This document shows, one piece after another, positions 46,085 to 58,419 of a DNA stretch of 64,000 nucleotides (the stretch's first letter is position 1; every line of letters begins with the position of its first letter). This DNA is from Pelagibacteraceae bacterium. Lineage in GTDB: Bacteria; Pseudomonadota; Alphaproteobacteria; Pelagibacterales; Pelagibacteraceae. Location of the stretch: assembly GCA_038142265.1 (NCBI GenBank), contig JAYQJR010000007.1:96061-160060 (forward strand), given 5' to 3'. The notes under the pieces were generated by a model, which was not told the origin of the DNA, made no database searches, and was given only the letters and a program-made list of their open reading frames with translations. The translations under genes were made by a program, and so were the position numbers.

Positions 46085-47781
46085 TAATTAAGTTTTCTAT
46101 GCCTAATAATTTTAAAATTTATAGATCTTACTTTTAACTCTGAAATTAAGTTTGTAAAATCTTTTAGATTTTTAATTTCTATATCAAATATAAAGCTTAT
46201 AAAATCTTCTTTTTTATCTTCTAACTCGACATTAAAAATATTACATTTGTGTTTTCCAATTAAAGTGCAAATTTCTCCAAGAGTGCCAGCTTCATGACTT
46301 AATAAAACCCAAATACTTGATTTGTGGATTCTTTTCTCTTTATTGACTGGCAACTTATCATGCCAATATCTTCTAATTGAGCTTCTTGCTTTACCAGTTT
46401 TTGCATAAGACAACCAATGAAAAGATGGAGTTTTTTTTGAAGAAGTTAAAATTTCAACACTGTCACCGTTTCTCAAACGAGATTGTAATGGTGATTCTTT
46501 TCCATTAATTTTACATCCAGTACACGCATCACCAACGTCAGTATGAACTGCGTAAGCAAAATCTATAGGGGTTGCGTGTTTAGGCAAACGAATTACAGCT
46601 CCTTTTGGGGTGAAACAAAATACTTGATCTTGGTACAATTGGAGTTTTGTATACTCATAATAATGTTCAGGGTTTTCACCAGACTCTAGAAGTTCGACAA
46701 GATCACCTAGCCAAGAATATTCAAATTTTTTTGGAACGCCTTTTTCATTTGTTTTGTAAAGCCAGTGAGCTGCTACTCCTCGTTCTGCGTAATCATTCAT
46801 TTCTTTTGTTCGAATTTGTATTTCCATTCTTTGATTTTGAGGACCAATCACAGTTGTATGAATAGACTGATAATGATTAGATTTTGGCGTTGAGATATAG
46901 TCCTTAAACCTACCAGGTACCATTTTCCATTTTTGATGAAAAATACCTAAAACTCCATAACAGTCGCTAATACTATTAACAATAATCCTAAATCCAATTA
47001 AATCGGTTACTTGTTCTAGTGATATTCTTTTTTCATTAACCTTTCTCCAAATTGAAAAAGGTGTCTTTTCTCTTCCTGTAACTTCTGCTTCAATCTGATT
47101 ATCGATTAATATTCCCTGGATAACCTTAGATATATCGTTAAAAACTTTTATTCTTTCTGGCGCTATTTGGTTTATCTTTTCTATAATTAAATTTCTTGCT
47201 TGATTATTTAGTATATCAAAAGCTTTATCTTCGAGTTCATCTCTCACTTTATGCATACCCATTCTTTCGGCTAAAGGTGAATAAATTTCCATTGTTTCAC
47301 GAGCTATTCTTTCTCTTTTTTCCTTATTATCTATTGAATAAATAGTTCTCATATTGTGAAGTCTGTCAGCTAATTTAACCAATAATACTCTGATATCTTT
47401 TGAGGTGGCTAAAATTAATTTTCTAAAATTATCTCCAGCAGTTAATGATTTATTTTCTGACTCAAGTTTTGAAATCTTAGTAACGCCGTCAACTAAACTG
47501 GCAATTTCATCACCAAATATTTTTTTTAATTCCTCAAATGTTGCTTCTGTATCTTCTAGTGTGTCATGCAATAAAGCTGTTGTTATTGTGGGCCCATCCA
47601 GCTTTAATTCAACTAATATATCGGCAACAGCAACAGGATGAATGATATAAGGATCTCCTGAATGTCTTTTTTGCATTTTATGGGCTTTAAATGCATAATC
47701 ATAAGCATGCTTAATCTTTTCTTCATCTACGTAAGCATTATATGATTTTATTTTCTCAATTAATTGAGCTTCTTTAAGCAT
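46084..47781 (-). CDS. spoT: Bifunctional (p)ppGpp synthetase/hydrolase, shortened
   Basis: HD motif LLHDTLEDT, KLADRLHNMRT, RFKDY, TGS (TPIDFAY.VHT), ACT. Confidence 0.93.
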   Translation of the reverse strand: MLKEAQLIEKIKSYNAYVDEEKIKHAYDYAFKAHKMQKRHSGDPYIIHPVAVADILVELKLDGPTITTALLHDTLEDTEATFEELKKIFGDEIASLVDGVTKISKLESENKSLTAGDNFRKLILATSKDIRVLLVKLADRLHNMRTIYSIDNKEKRERIARETMEIYSPLAERMGMHKVRDELEDKAFDILNNQARNLIIEKINQIAPERIKVFNDISKVIQGILIDNQIEAEVTGREKTPFSIWRKVNEKRISLEQVTDLIGFRIIVNSISDCYGVLGIFHQKWKMVPGRFKDYISTPKSNHYQSIHTTVIGPQNQRMEIQIRTKEMNDYAERGVAAHWLYKTNEKGVPKKFEYSWLGDLVELLESGENPEHYYEYTKLQLYQDQVFCFTPKGAVIRLPKHATPIDFAYAVHTDVGDACTGCKINGKESPLQSRLRNGDSVEILTSSKKTPSFHWLSYAKTGKARSSIRRYWHDKLPVNKEKRIHKSSIWVLLSHEAGTLGEICTLIGKHKCNIFNVELEDKKEDFISFIFDIEIKNLKDFTNLISELKVRSINFKIIRHRKLN

Positions 47782-47798
47782 ATATAAATTATACCAAT

Positions 47799-48305
47799 TT
47801 AAATTATTTTTTTAACTTTATTTATTTGGTCTTGGCTAAAATTTGCAATCATATCTTCAATAGTAGCCTTACTTTTAGGGTGTAACCATTCAACAGAAAG
47901 ATCCCTAATGGGCAAAAGTACAAAAAGCCTATTCTGAATTTCTTTATGAGGGATGTCTAAATTGATATTTTTATCTTTTATATTAATTATTTGTCCATCA
48001 TAATCCAAAATATCTATATCAAGAGTCCTGGGGCTATTTTTTTGATCTCTAACTCTACCAAATTTTTTTTCAATTTTTAATATTTTTTCAAGCAAAACTT
48101 GGGCAGATAAATTTGTTTCAATTTTAATTGCACTATTAATAAACTTAGGATCCTTGTTATTTGGATAAGCTTCACTCTCATAAAAAAAAGATTTTTTTAA
48201 AATTTTAACTCCTTCATTTTCTAATTGATGATAGGCCTTTTTAATATTATCAATCGGTAAATTGTTTTGATATTTTAGATTTGATCCTAAGGCTAAAATT
48301 TTCAT
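47799..48305 (-). CDS. folK: HPPK
   Basis: ALGSNL, FIN, IE..FGR.R, PRTLDIDIL, PH...NR.FVL.P. Confidence 0.95.
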   Translation of the reverse strand: MKILALGSNLKYQNNLPIDNIKKAYHQLENEGVKILKKSFFYESEAYPNNKDPKFINSAIKIETNLSAQVLLEKILKIEKKFGRVRDQKNSPRTLDIDILDYDGQIINIKDKNINLDIPHKEIQNRLFVLLPIRDLSVEWLHPKSKATIEDMIANFSQDQINKVKKII

Positions 48306-48775
48306 TAACTTGATTTTCTAAATACTCTAGACTTTTCTCTGTTCCAGTCTCTCTGTTTTTTTGTATTTCTTTTATCATGAAGATTCTTCCCTTTAGCAAC
48401 TGCTATTTGAACCTTTGCTATTCCTTTTTTATTAAAATAGATTTTGGTTGGAACAACCGTGAAGCCATCTCTATTTATACTTCCAATAATTTTGTTAATT
48501 TCTTTTTTATTTAACAAAAGTCTTCTTAATCTTCTTGGGTCGTGATTATTGTAGCTACTTTGTTTATATTCTGGGATATAAGAATTATGTAAAAAAATCT
48601 CTCCATCATGATCCAATGCATACGCATCAACTATGCTACCCTTTCCACTTCTTAAAGATTTTACCTCAGAACCTAAAAGCTCTATTCCAGCCTCTAATAT
48701 ATTTTCAAAAAAGTAATTAAAACCTGCTTTTCTATTTTGTGAAACAATGTTGTCAGGTTTTCTATTTTTATCCAT
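48305..48775 (-). CDS. smpB: SsrA-binding protein
   Basis: [25 protein letters not shown]. Confidence 0.97.
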   Translation of the reverse strand: MDKNRKPDNIVSQNRKAGFNYFFENILEAGIELLGSEVKSLRSGKGSIVDAYALDHDGEIFLHNSYIPEYKQSSYNNHDPRRLRRLLLNKKEINKIIGSINRDGFTVVPTKIYFNKKGIAKVQIAVAKGKNLHDKRNTKKQRDWNREKSRVFRKSS

Positions 48776-49647
48776 TAAATTAAAGAAAGGTTTTTGAGAA
48801 CTTCTTTAATTTTTTCTTTTGAAGAATTTTCAGCAGTCACTAATGGTAGCCTAACATCTTCAGTCATCATACCCATTAAACTCAAGCTATATTTTGCTGG
48901 AACAGGATTGCTTTCAATAAATAGTACATCATGCAATGGTAAAAGCTTGTCAAAAATAGGTTTTGCTTCATCAAATTTATTAGCATTGCATAAAGCATGG
49001 AATTCAGAACACAATTTCGGAGCAACGTTAGCAGAAACTGAAATACATCCAACGCCACCTAATTTATTAAACTCATAAGTATTTTCATCATTGCCTGAAA
49101 GCATAATAAAATCATCTCCTAATTTTTTTTTATGATCAGTAACTCTTGTTAAATCTCCAGTGGCATCTTTAACGCCAATAATATTTTTTAACTTGAAACA
49201 TCTTGCCATTGTGTCAACACTCATATCGACTACTGACCTACCTGGAATGTTGTAGATGATAATAGGAATATTCGTGCTATCATTAATTTTTTTATAATGC
49301 TGCTACAATCCTTCTTGAGTAGGTTTATTGTAATACGGTGTAACAATTAAAGCAGCATCTGCCTTTGCTTTTTCTGCAAATTGAGTTAGCTCAACAGCTT
49401 CCTCTGTAGAATTAGATCCTGTACCTGCAATAACCGGTATTCTTCCATTTGAAATTTTAACAGAAATTTCAATAATTTTTTTATGTTCATCGTGGCTTAT
49501 AGTTGGCGACTCACCAGTTGTTCCACCTGGAACAATGCCATTGGTTCCATTTGAAATTTGAAATTCAATAAATTTTTCAAAGCTATTAACGTCTAATTTA
49601 TTGTCTTTAAATGGGGTAACTAATGCTGTTATAGATCCTTTAAACAT
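48775..49647 (-). CDS. dapA: 4-hydroxy-tetrahydrodipicolinate synthase (one in-frame TAG at 49303-49305)
   Basis: ALVTPF, GTTGES, TPYYNKP, YNIPGR, GVKDATG, all in one frame. Confidence 0.95.
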
Positions 49648-49682
49648 AATAATAAAATTAATTATATATATACAAAATTTGA

Positions 49683-51970
49683 ATGAGGAAAGTGAAAACT
49701 ATTAATAAAATCATATTTGTAATTTTGTTCATATTTTTACTATGTGAACAATCAATGGCAGGCTTAATCAAGCCAGAACCAAAACCTATTGAATTTCAAA
49801 ACCTTAAAGAAAATAAAAAATTATCTAAACCTGTAAAGAAAAATGAAAAAATTGAAAATAAAATTAAAGTTAATGAAAAAAAAGATCAAATAGAAAAAAA
49901 AATAACTAAAGAAAAAAAGCAATCTGAACCTAAAAAAGAAGTTTTAAAAAAAGAAAAAATAGTAGAAAAAAAAGAAATCTTAAAAAAAGATGATGACTAT
50001 TCAGTATCTAATCAAATATTGCCTGTAAAGAAACCTTTAGATTTGGGTATAAAAAATAAAACATCAAAAATATTATCTCCAAAAGATTTCAAAATAGCAC
50101 AAAAAACTTTTAATTTAATAAAAAGAAAAAGATGGAATTCAGCTATGGTTGAAGTTGGTGTTTCAAGCTCACCTATACTAAAAAATTTAGTTACATGGAT
50201 GTATTTAAAAGAACCTCAAAATAAAGCTACTTTTTATGATTACAATAAGTTTATTAAAAAAAATTCTAAATGGCCAAGAATTAGTAGATTAAGATATTTG
50301 GCTGAGCATAAAATTGATTTCAAATTAGTTAAACCCAATGACGTTATTAATTTTTTTGAAAAAGAAAACCTTTAAGTGGTTATGGCTCAATTAAATTAGG
50401 AGAAGCCTATCTTCTTAAAGGTGAAAAAAATAAAGCTCATGATTTAATTGCAGAAGGATTTAAAACAGCAAATTTAAGCAGAGATGATCATAGATATTTA
50501 AATAAAAAATTTAAAAATTTACTTAATGCTAATGATTATGTTGCAAGAGCAGAGTATTTGGCATGGGAACAGGATTTTTATGAATTAAAAAGAACACTCA
50601 AATATTTGCCAAAAGGATATAAGGAGCTTTATTTTGCAAGATTTGCTTTAATGACAAGATCATATGGTGTTGATAGCGCCATATCAAAAGTTCCACCATC
50701 ATTTGAAAATGACATCGGTTTAAAATTTGATAGAGCTAAATGGAGAAGGAAAAGAGGAAGATATGATGGAGCACTTGAAATTATTAATAGTCTTCCAAAT
50801 GATCCTAAATTTTTGGTTAAACCAGATCTTTGGTTTAAAGAAAAATTTATTATTGCTAGAAAAAAAATTGATAAGAAAAAATTTGATGAAGCTTACGAGC
50901 TTTTAATAAATCATGGAGTTATTGATAGCGGATTGCTGGCAGAAGCTGAATGGCATGCAGGTTGGTTAGCGCTAAGATTTTTAAATAAACCTAAAGAAGC
51001 ACTTAACCATTTTAGAAAAATGTATGACGGAGTTAATTATCCAATAAGTAAATCGAGAGCTGCATATTGGGTTGGTGAAACATATAACCATTTAGGAAAT
51101 AAAAATTCATCTAAAGAATGGTATGGAAAAGCTGCAATTTTTAATACCACTTTTTATGGACAGTTAGCTGCATCTAAAATTGATAAAACGAAATTTAGAG
51201 TAAAAAACAATTTTTCTTTTACAAAAGAAGAGTTAAACAAATTATTAAAAACAGAACTTGGAAAAGCTGTAGTTTTATTGGACGAACTTGATGAATCTCA
51301 AGAAGCTAAAGATATTATAAAACATTTAGGTTCTGAAGAAAGTACACTAAAAGAACAAATCCTAGCAGGTTTATTATCTCAAGAAATTGGAAGATTGGAT
51401 TTTGCAGTTCAAATAGCTAAACAATCTTCATATCAGAATAAAAATTTATTAGAACTAAATTACCCCATTATTGAAACTCCTAAAATGGTTTCAAAAAAAA
51501 TAATTTTACCTCAAGAAATAATTCTTTCTTTGATTAGGCAAGAAAGTGAATTTGATAGAGAAGCAAATAGTTGGGCTGGGGCCAAAGGTTTAATGCAGAT
51601 AATGCCAGCTACTGGAAAGCTGGTAAGCAGAAGTGCAGGTTTACAATACTCAAGATCCAAACTTATTAATGATGAATATTTTAACATTCAGATAGGCTCT
51701 TATTATATATCTACATTGACACAAGATTTTGATGGAGCAATTTACATGGCATTTGCAGCATATAATGCTGGTCCTCATAGAGTTAAACGATGGATTAAAA
51801 GATTTGGAGATCCTAGAAAAAAAGAAATAGATCCTGTTGATTGGATTGAATTAATACCATTTAGCGAAACGAGAAATTATGTCCAAAGAGTTATGGAAAA
51901 TATGCTTGTTTACAAGTATGTGTTAAATAAAAAGTCTGTAGAAAATGATATTGAAAAATATCTATTTTGA
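49683..51970 (+). CDS. Slt70-like lytic murein transglycosylase (frameshift near 50370)
   Basis: [35 protein letters not shown]. Confidence 0.92.
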
Positions 51971-52696
51971 AAAATAATCCTTAAAAGAATAAGAAATTAC
52001 AGCAAATATAGTAATATAATTTAAATAAGAGATATAGAACGATCCGACATCAAATAAAGGTTTAATAACACTGTAAATATCTTTGTAACTTGTCATAAAA
52101 GATAATTGCAAAGTTAAAAAAATCATTGATGGAACAAGAAAAACAACAGTTACAATAGTAAATATTAAAAAGAGTTTTGCACCAATTGAATTTAATTCTC
52201 TTAAACTATAACTAAAATCAGAGCCTGATGAAATCTTAGGTAAAATAAAAATTAATTTTAAAGATAATATAGTAGTAAAAATCCATAAAATTAATAAACC
52301 AGATAAATGCTCACTCTTCATTCCAATTATTTTTACTGAAAAAAAATGAATTAAAAGTGGTGATAAAGCTAAAATTGTAAGTATTAAAAAATTAAAAAAG
52401 TATTTTAAAGATCTAAAAGATAAAAATTCTCTTAGAAAAAATGTTTTTTTTTTATTTACGATTTCATCATGCACACAAACTCCAATCGCACTGGTGACAA
52501 TCATTGTAAAAATAAAAAATAAAATAACGGTAAAGTTGGTAGCTACAGACTTGGTTATTAAAAAATTTAAGATATTGAATACAATTGTTATAAGTATTAC
52601 TGCTGGAAAACCTTCTTTTAATCGTTCACCAAAATTATTAATTAGAAATTGGAAAGAATTTGCTAATGTTTTTCCAATAGAAATATTGTTTTTCAT
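51962..52696 (-). CDS. Hypothetical integral membrane protein (about 6 TM)
   Basis: Long hydrophobic ORF; start MKNNIS chosen because the upstream ORF-track start lies inside tRNA-Ser. Confidence 0.7.
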   Translation of the reverse strand: MKNNISIGKTLANSFQFLINNFGERLKEGFPAVILITIVFNILNFLITKSVATNFTVILFFIFTMIVTSAIGVCVHDEIVNKKKTFFLREFLSFRSLKYFFNFLILTILALSPLLIHFFSVKIIGMKSEHLSGLLILWIFTTILSLKLIFILPKISSGSDFSYSLRELNSIGAKLFLIFTIVTVVFLVPSMIFLTLQLSFMTSYKDIYSVIKPLFDVGSFYISYLNYITIFAVISYSFKDYFSK

Positions 52697-52701
52697 ATTA
52701 A

Positions 52702-52779
52702 TGGCGGACAAGGAGGGATTCGAACCCTCGTTACGATGTTACTCGTAAGGCTAGTTAGCAACCAGCTGGTTTCAACCAC

Positions 52780-52793
<14 letters not shown>
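52702..52793 (-). tRNA. tRNA-Ser(GCU)
   Basis: GGACAGG acceptor arm, anticodon loop TT-GCT-AA, long variable arm, GTTCGAATC, encoded CCA. Confidence 0.96.
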
Positions 52794-55375
<2,582 letters not shown>

Positions 55376-56023
55376 TTAAAGAACATGAAGTTCTTCAAGT
55401 CCTTCGTATAAAGCATGACCGCCTTCATAGCCAAAATAAATAGCCATAATAAAAAGCAGTACGCTAGAAACTCTAAAAAAAGTTCCAATTGGAATTATTT
55501 TTGTTATTTTATTTAAACCAAAATAAACAATTAGTAATGCAGCTAAACCTGCACCAGCTCCAAAAATCACTGGAACAGTGCTAGAAATTCCTGATGTAAA
55601 TAATGCAGCGTAAAATAATACTATTTCAAAACCTTCTCTAATAATCGCCATGAAAACAGTGAAAGATAAAACAAAAGAACTTCCAGTTTTTATTGCCTTA
55701 TCAACTGAACCTTCAACATGTTGTTTTGCGCTATGACAGAAAAAAGCAACATAAGTTAACATCCCAGACGCAATTAACATTGTAGCGCCTTCAAAAAGTT
55801 CTTCGTGCGCATGAGTTACACCTTGAATTTTTTTAAATGCTAAAGCAATCAATAAAGAAACCACAACACCAAGAACTAAACCCCAAACAACTGCAGGCTT
55901 TTGATGCTTTGCGTTCATTTTATCAATGTAGACAAATACCAATGTAGCAATCAGTAATGCTTCAAAACCTTCTCTTAAAAGAATAAAGAATGAGCTTAAA
56001 AAAGGTGTAATTGCTGAAGTCAT
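55376..56023 (-). CDS. FTR1/EfeU-family iron permease
   Basis: Two REGFE motifs within TM segments. Confidence 0.92.
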   Translation of the reverse strand: MTSAITPFLSSFFILLREGFEALLIATLVFVYIDKMNAKHQKPAVVWGLVLGVVVSLLIALAFKKIQGVTHAHEELFEGATMLIASGMLTYVAFFCHSAKQHVEGSVDKAIKTGSSFVLSFTVFMAIIREGFEIVLFYAALFTSGISSTVPVIFGAGAGLAALLIVYFGLNKITKIIPIGTFFRVSSVLLFIMAIYFGYEGGHALYEGLEELHVL

Positions 56024-56034
56024 AATTTTATGAG

Positions 56035-56085
56035 TTATTATTAAGAATTATTCTCAAAGTCAACCTAGTTAAGAATGATTCTCAT
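56035..56085 (-). promoter_or_regulatory. FTR1 promoter with two Fur/Irr-type palindromes
   Basis: TTGACT-17 nt-TAATAA; the spacer is TTGAGAATAATTCTTAA; second copy ATGAGAATCATTCTTAA 28 bp upstream. Confidence 0.75.
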
Positions 56086-56125
56086 ATATTTATCAATATA
56101 TAGCACCTAATAAGATTAAATACAA

Positions 56126-56428
56126 CTATAAGTAGTTTTTATATGATTTGTCGCGTATTTTTTTTCGCTCAATTTCAAATTTTTTTAAATTTTTAAGAGA
56201 TTTATTATGAACTCTTTTTCTCCAAAGTCTGAAGGAAGATTCTTTAAGTTCAGACCTCATTATTTTTATGACCTCTGATTCTGTCTTGCCGGTTTGTCTT
56301 TTAATATCTTCAAAAGTAATACGATCAGCCCAAGCCGCCCAAATAATCCAATTTTTACTATTTTTATCTTTTGGTTGTGGTTTGATTGTTTTTGTAACTG
56401 GTCTTTTAAAAGACTTTTTAGAAGTCAC
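56126..56428 (-). CDS. TIGR03643/DUF2805 family protein
   Basis: WAAWADRITFEDI, EVIKIMR.ELK.SSF.LWRKRV. Confidence 0.85.
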   Translation of the reverse strand: MTSKKSFKRPVTKTIKPQPKDKNSKNWIIWAAWADRITFEDIKRQTGKTESEVIKIMRSELKESSFRLWRKRVHNKSLKNLKKFEIERKKIRDKSYKNYL

Positions 56429-56907
56429 TATTTATTTTCTTTAAGAAAGTTCATCATAGTACCTGGATCACTAACATCAAATTTTCCATCTTCATCTTTA
56501 AAAATTTTGATAATGTTTCCATCATCAACATACATAGAATATCTAAACGATCTAGGACCCATACCTGATGCACTTCGATCTGAAATCATTCCCATATCTT
56601 TTGTAAATGTTCCATTACCATCAGGAATAAACTGAACATTCTTAGCTCCAGATGTAGTTTTCCATTGTTCAACAACAAATGGATCATTCATGCTAATACA
56701 ATATACTGCGTCTATTCCTAAAGTTTTTAGTTTATCAAATTCTTGTTCATAAGCTGGGAGATGATAACTTGAACATGTTGGTGTAAATGCTCCTGGTAAA
56801 GCAAATGCAACTACTTTTTTGCCTTTAAAATAATCAGCAATATTTTTTTCAACAAACTTCTTATCTTCTCTAACAACTACTTTAGAATTAGGTATTTTTT
56901 TGCTCAT
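56428..56907 (-). CDS. Peroxiredoxin (Prx5/redoxin type)
   Basis: LPGAFTPTCS..HLP, S.NDPFV, DGNG.FT, RS.RYSM. Confidence 0.94.
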   Translation of the reverse strand: MSKKIPNSKVVVREDKKFVEKNIADYFKGKKVVAFALPGAFTPTCSSYHLPAYEQEFDKLKTLGIDAVYCISMNDPFVVEQWKTTSGAKNVQFIPDGNGTFTKDMGMISDRSASGMGPRSFRYSMYVDDGNIIKIFKDEDGKFDVSDPGTMMNFLKENK

Positions 56908-57790
56908 TAATTTTACTATTGTTAATATTAAATTGTCTCATTGCAAATCTTTTTTTTTGATCATTTGTTAATTTGTCATGACATTTTGGACATGTAACTC
57001 CTTCTACGTATTTTGAAGACTGTTTATCTACAGAATTAATAGGGAGTCTACATCCAAAACACATTGAATAGCTTCCTTGTTTGGATCCGTGCTTAACTGC
57101 TACTCTTTTGTCAAAAACATAGCATTCACCTATCCAACTAGATTGGTCTTCTTTTGTATTATCTAAATAATTTAAAATTCCACCTTCAAGTTGGTAAACA
57201 TCATTCATATCTAAATTTTTTAAATGATCAGCGGCTTTTTCACATCTAATTCCACCTGTGCAAAAAATTGCTAACTTTTTATTATTTTTTCTCAAAAAAT
57301 CTTTTGAAAAATATTCTTTAAATTCTCTGAAACTATTAACTTTCGGATTAATAGCGCCTTCAAAAGTTCCGATTTCATATTCAAAAGGTTTTCTCACATC
57401 AACGCACATTACATCCTCTCTTGATATAAACTCATCCCATTCTCTTGGTTTTAAATGATGTCCTTCTCTATTGCTTGTCTTGATTTCAATTGGAACCACT
57501 TCTTTTTTAATTTTAACTTTTGGACGATTAAATGGAATAAAATTTCCTTGCGATGCGTTTGTTATATCGAATTTATCAATACTTAAAATTGAACAAGCAA
57601 AATCAGAAAAGGATGAAAAAAAATTATTTGAACCTGATAACGTTCCGTTAACACCTTCAGGAGACAAAATAATTGTTCCTTTTAATGTGTTATCAATCAA
57701 ATATTTTTTAAACTGAATTCTTAAATTTTCAGATACATTAATTGAACAAAATTTATAAAAACTAACTATATCGTACTTTTCTTTTTGCAT
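56888..57790 (-). CDS. trhO: tRNA U34 hydroxylase, UPF0176 rhodanese family
   Basis: FYKF, GTI.LS.EGVNGT, KVKIKKEVV, FCTGGIRCEKA, L.GGILNYL, W.GECYVFD.R. Confidence 0.9.
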   Translation of the reverse strand: MQKEKYDIVSFYKFCSINVSENLRIQFKKYLIDNTLKGTIILSPEGVNGTLSGSNNFFSSFSDFACSILSIDKFDITNASQGNFIPFNRPKVKIKKEVVPIEIKTSNREGHHLKPREWDEFISREDVMCVDVRKPFEYEIGTFEGAINPKVNSFREFKEYFSKDFLRKNNKKLAIFCTGGIRCEKAADHLKNLDMNDVYQLEGGILNYLDNTKEDQSSWIGECYVFDKRVAVKHGSKQGSYSMCFGCRLPINSVDKQSSKYVEGVTCPKCHDKLTNDQKKRFAMRQFNINNSKINEQKNT

Positions 57791-58416
57791 AACATTATTC
57801 CATCGCCTATGGAAATTAATGAAGTTTCAAAATAATTATCATTTTTTACATGATTATTAAACTCTTTAATTTTAAGAGTTTTTTTATCATCTGTATCTTC
57901 GGCCACCTTCCCTCTCCAAAGAACATTATCAAAAACTAATACACCATCATCAGTTATAATTTTTTTACATTTCTCGTAATAGTGAATGTAATTAGTTTTG
58001 TCTGCATCAATAAATATAAAATCAAATATAGAGCTAAGTTGATCAATTTCTTTTAAAGCATCTCCAGTAATAGATGTTATTTTGTCTAAAACACCTGCTT
58101 TTTTCCAGAATTTCCTTGCTATATCATTTGTAGAACTGTCTTTATCAATTGTGGTAATTTTACCTTTTGTGGCTAAAGCCATGGATAAGGCGCTATAACC
58201 TAAATAAGTGCCAAGCTCTAAAATATTTTTATAATTACCAATTTTAATGATTAATTTTAAAAATTCAGACTGATCAGGTGATATTTGCAAATGAGACGAG
58301 TTTGAATGATTTTTTTCATTATATTCCCTTAACTCTTTTTCTATTTGAGTCTCGTTAACACCAAACTCGTAAATATATTTGTCTAAATTGTCTGATTGTT
58401 CTAATTTTTTAAACAC
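57766..58416 (-). CDS. SAM-dependent O-methyltransferase (CCoAOMT/TrmR-like)
   Basis: LELGTYLGYSAL, FDFIFIDADK, DNVLW.G. Confidence 0.9.
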   Translation of the reverse strand: MFKKLEQSDNLDKYIYEFGVNETQIEKELREYNEKNHSNSSHLQISPDQSEFLKLIIKIGNYKNILELGTYLGYSALSMALATKGKITTIDKDSSTNDIARKFWKKAGVLDKITSITGDALKEIDQLSSIFDFIFIDADKTNYIHYYEKCKKIITDDGVLVFDNVLWRGKVAEDTDDKKTLKIKEFNNHVKNDNYFETSLISIGDGIMLCKKKSTI

Positions 58417-58419
58417 TAA

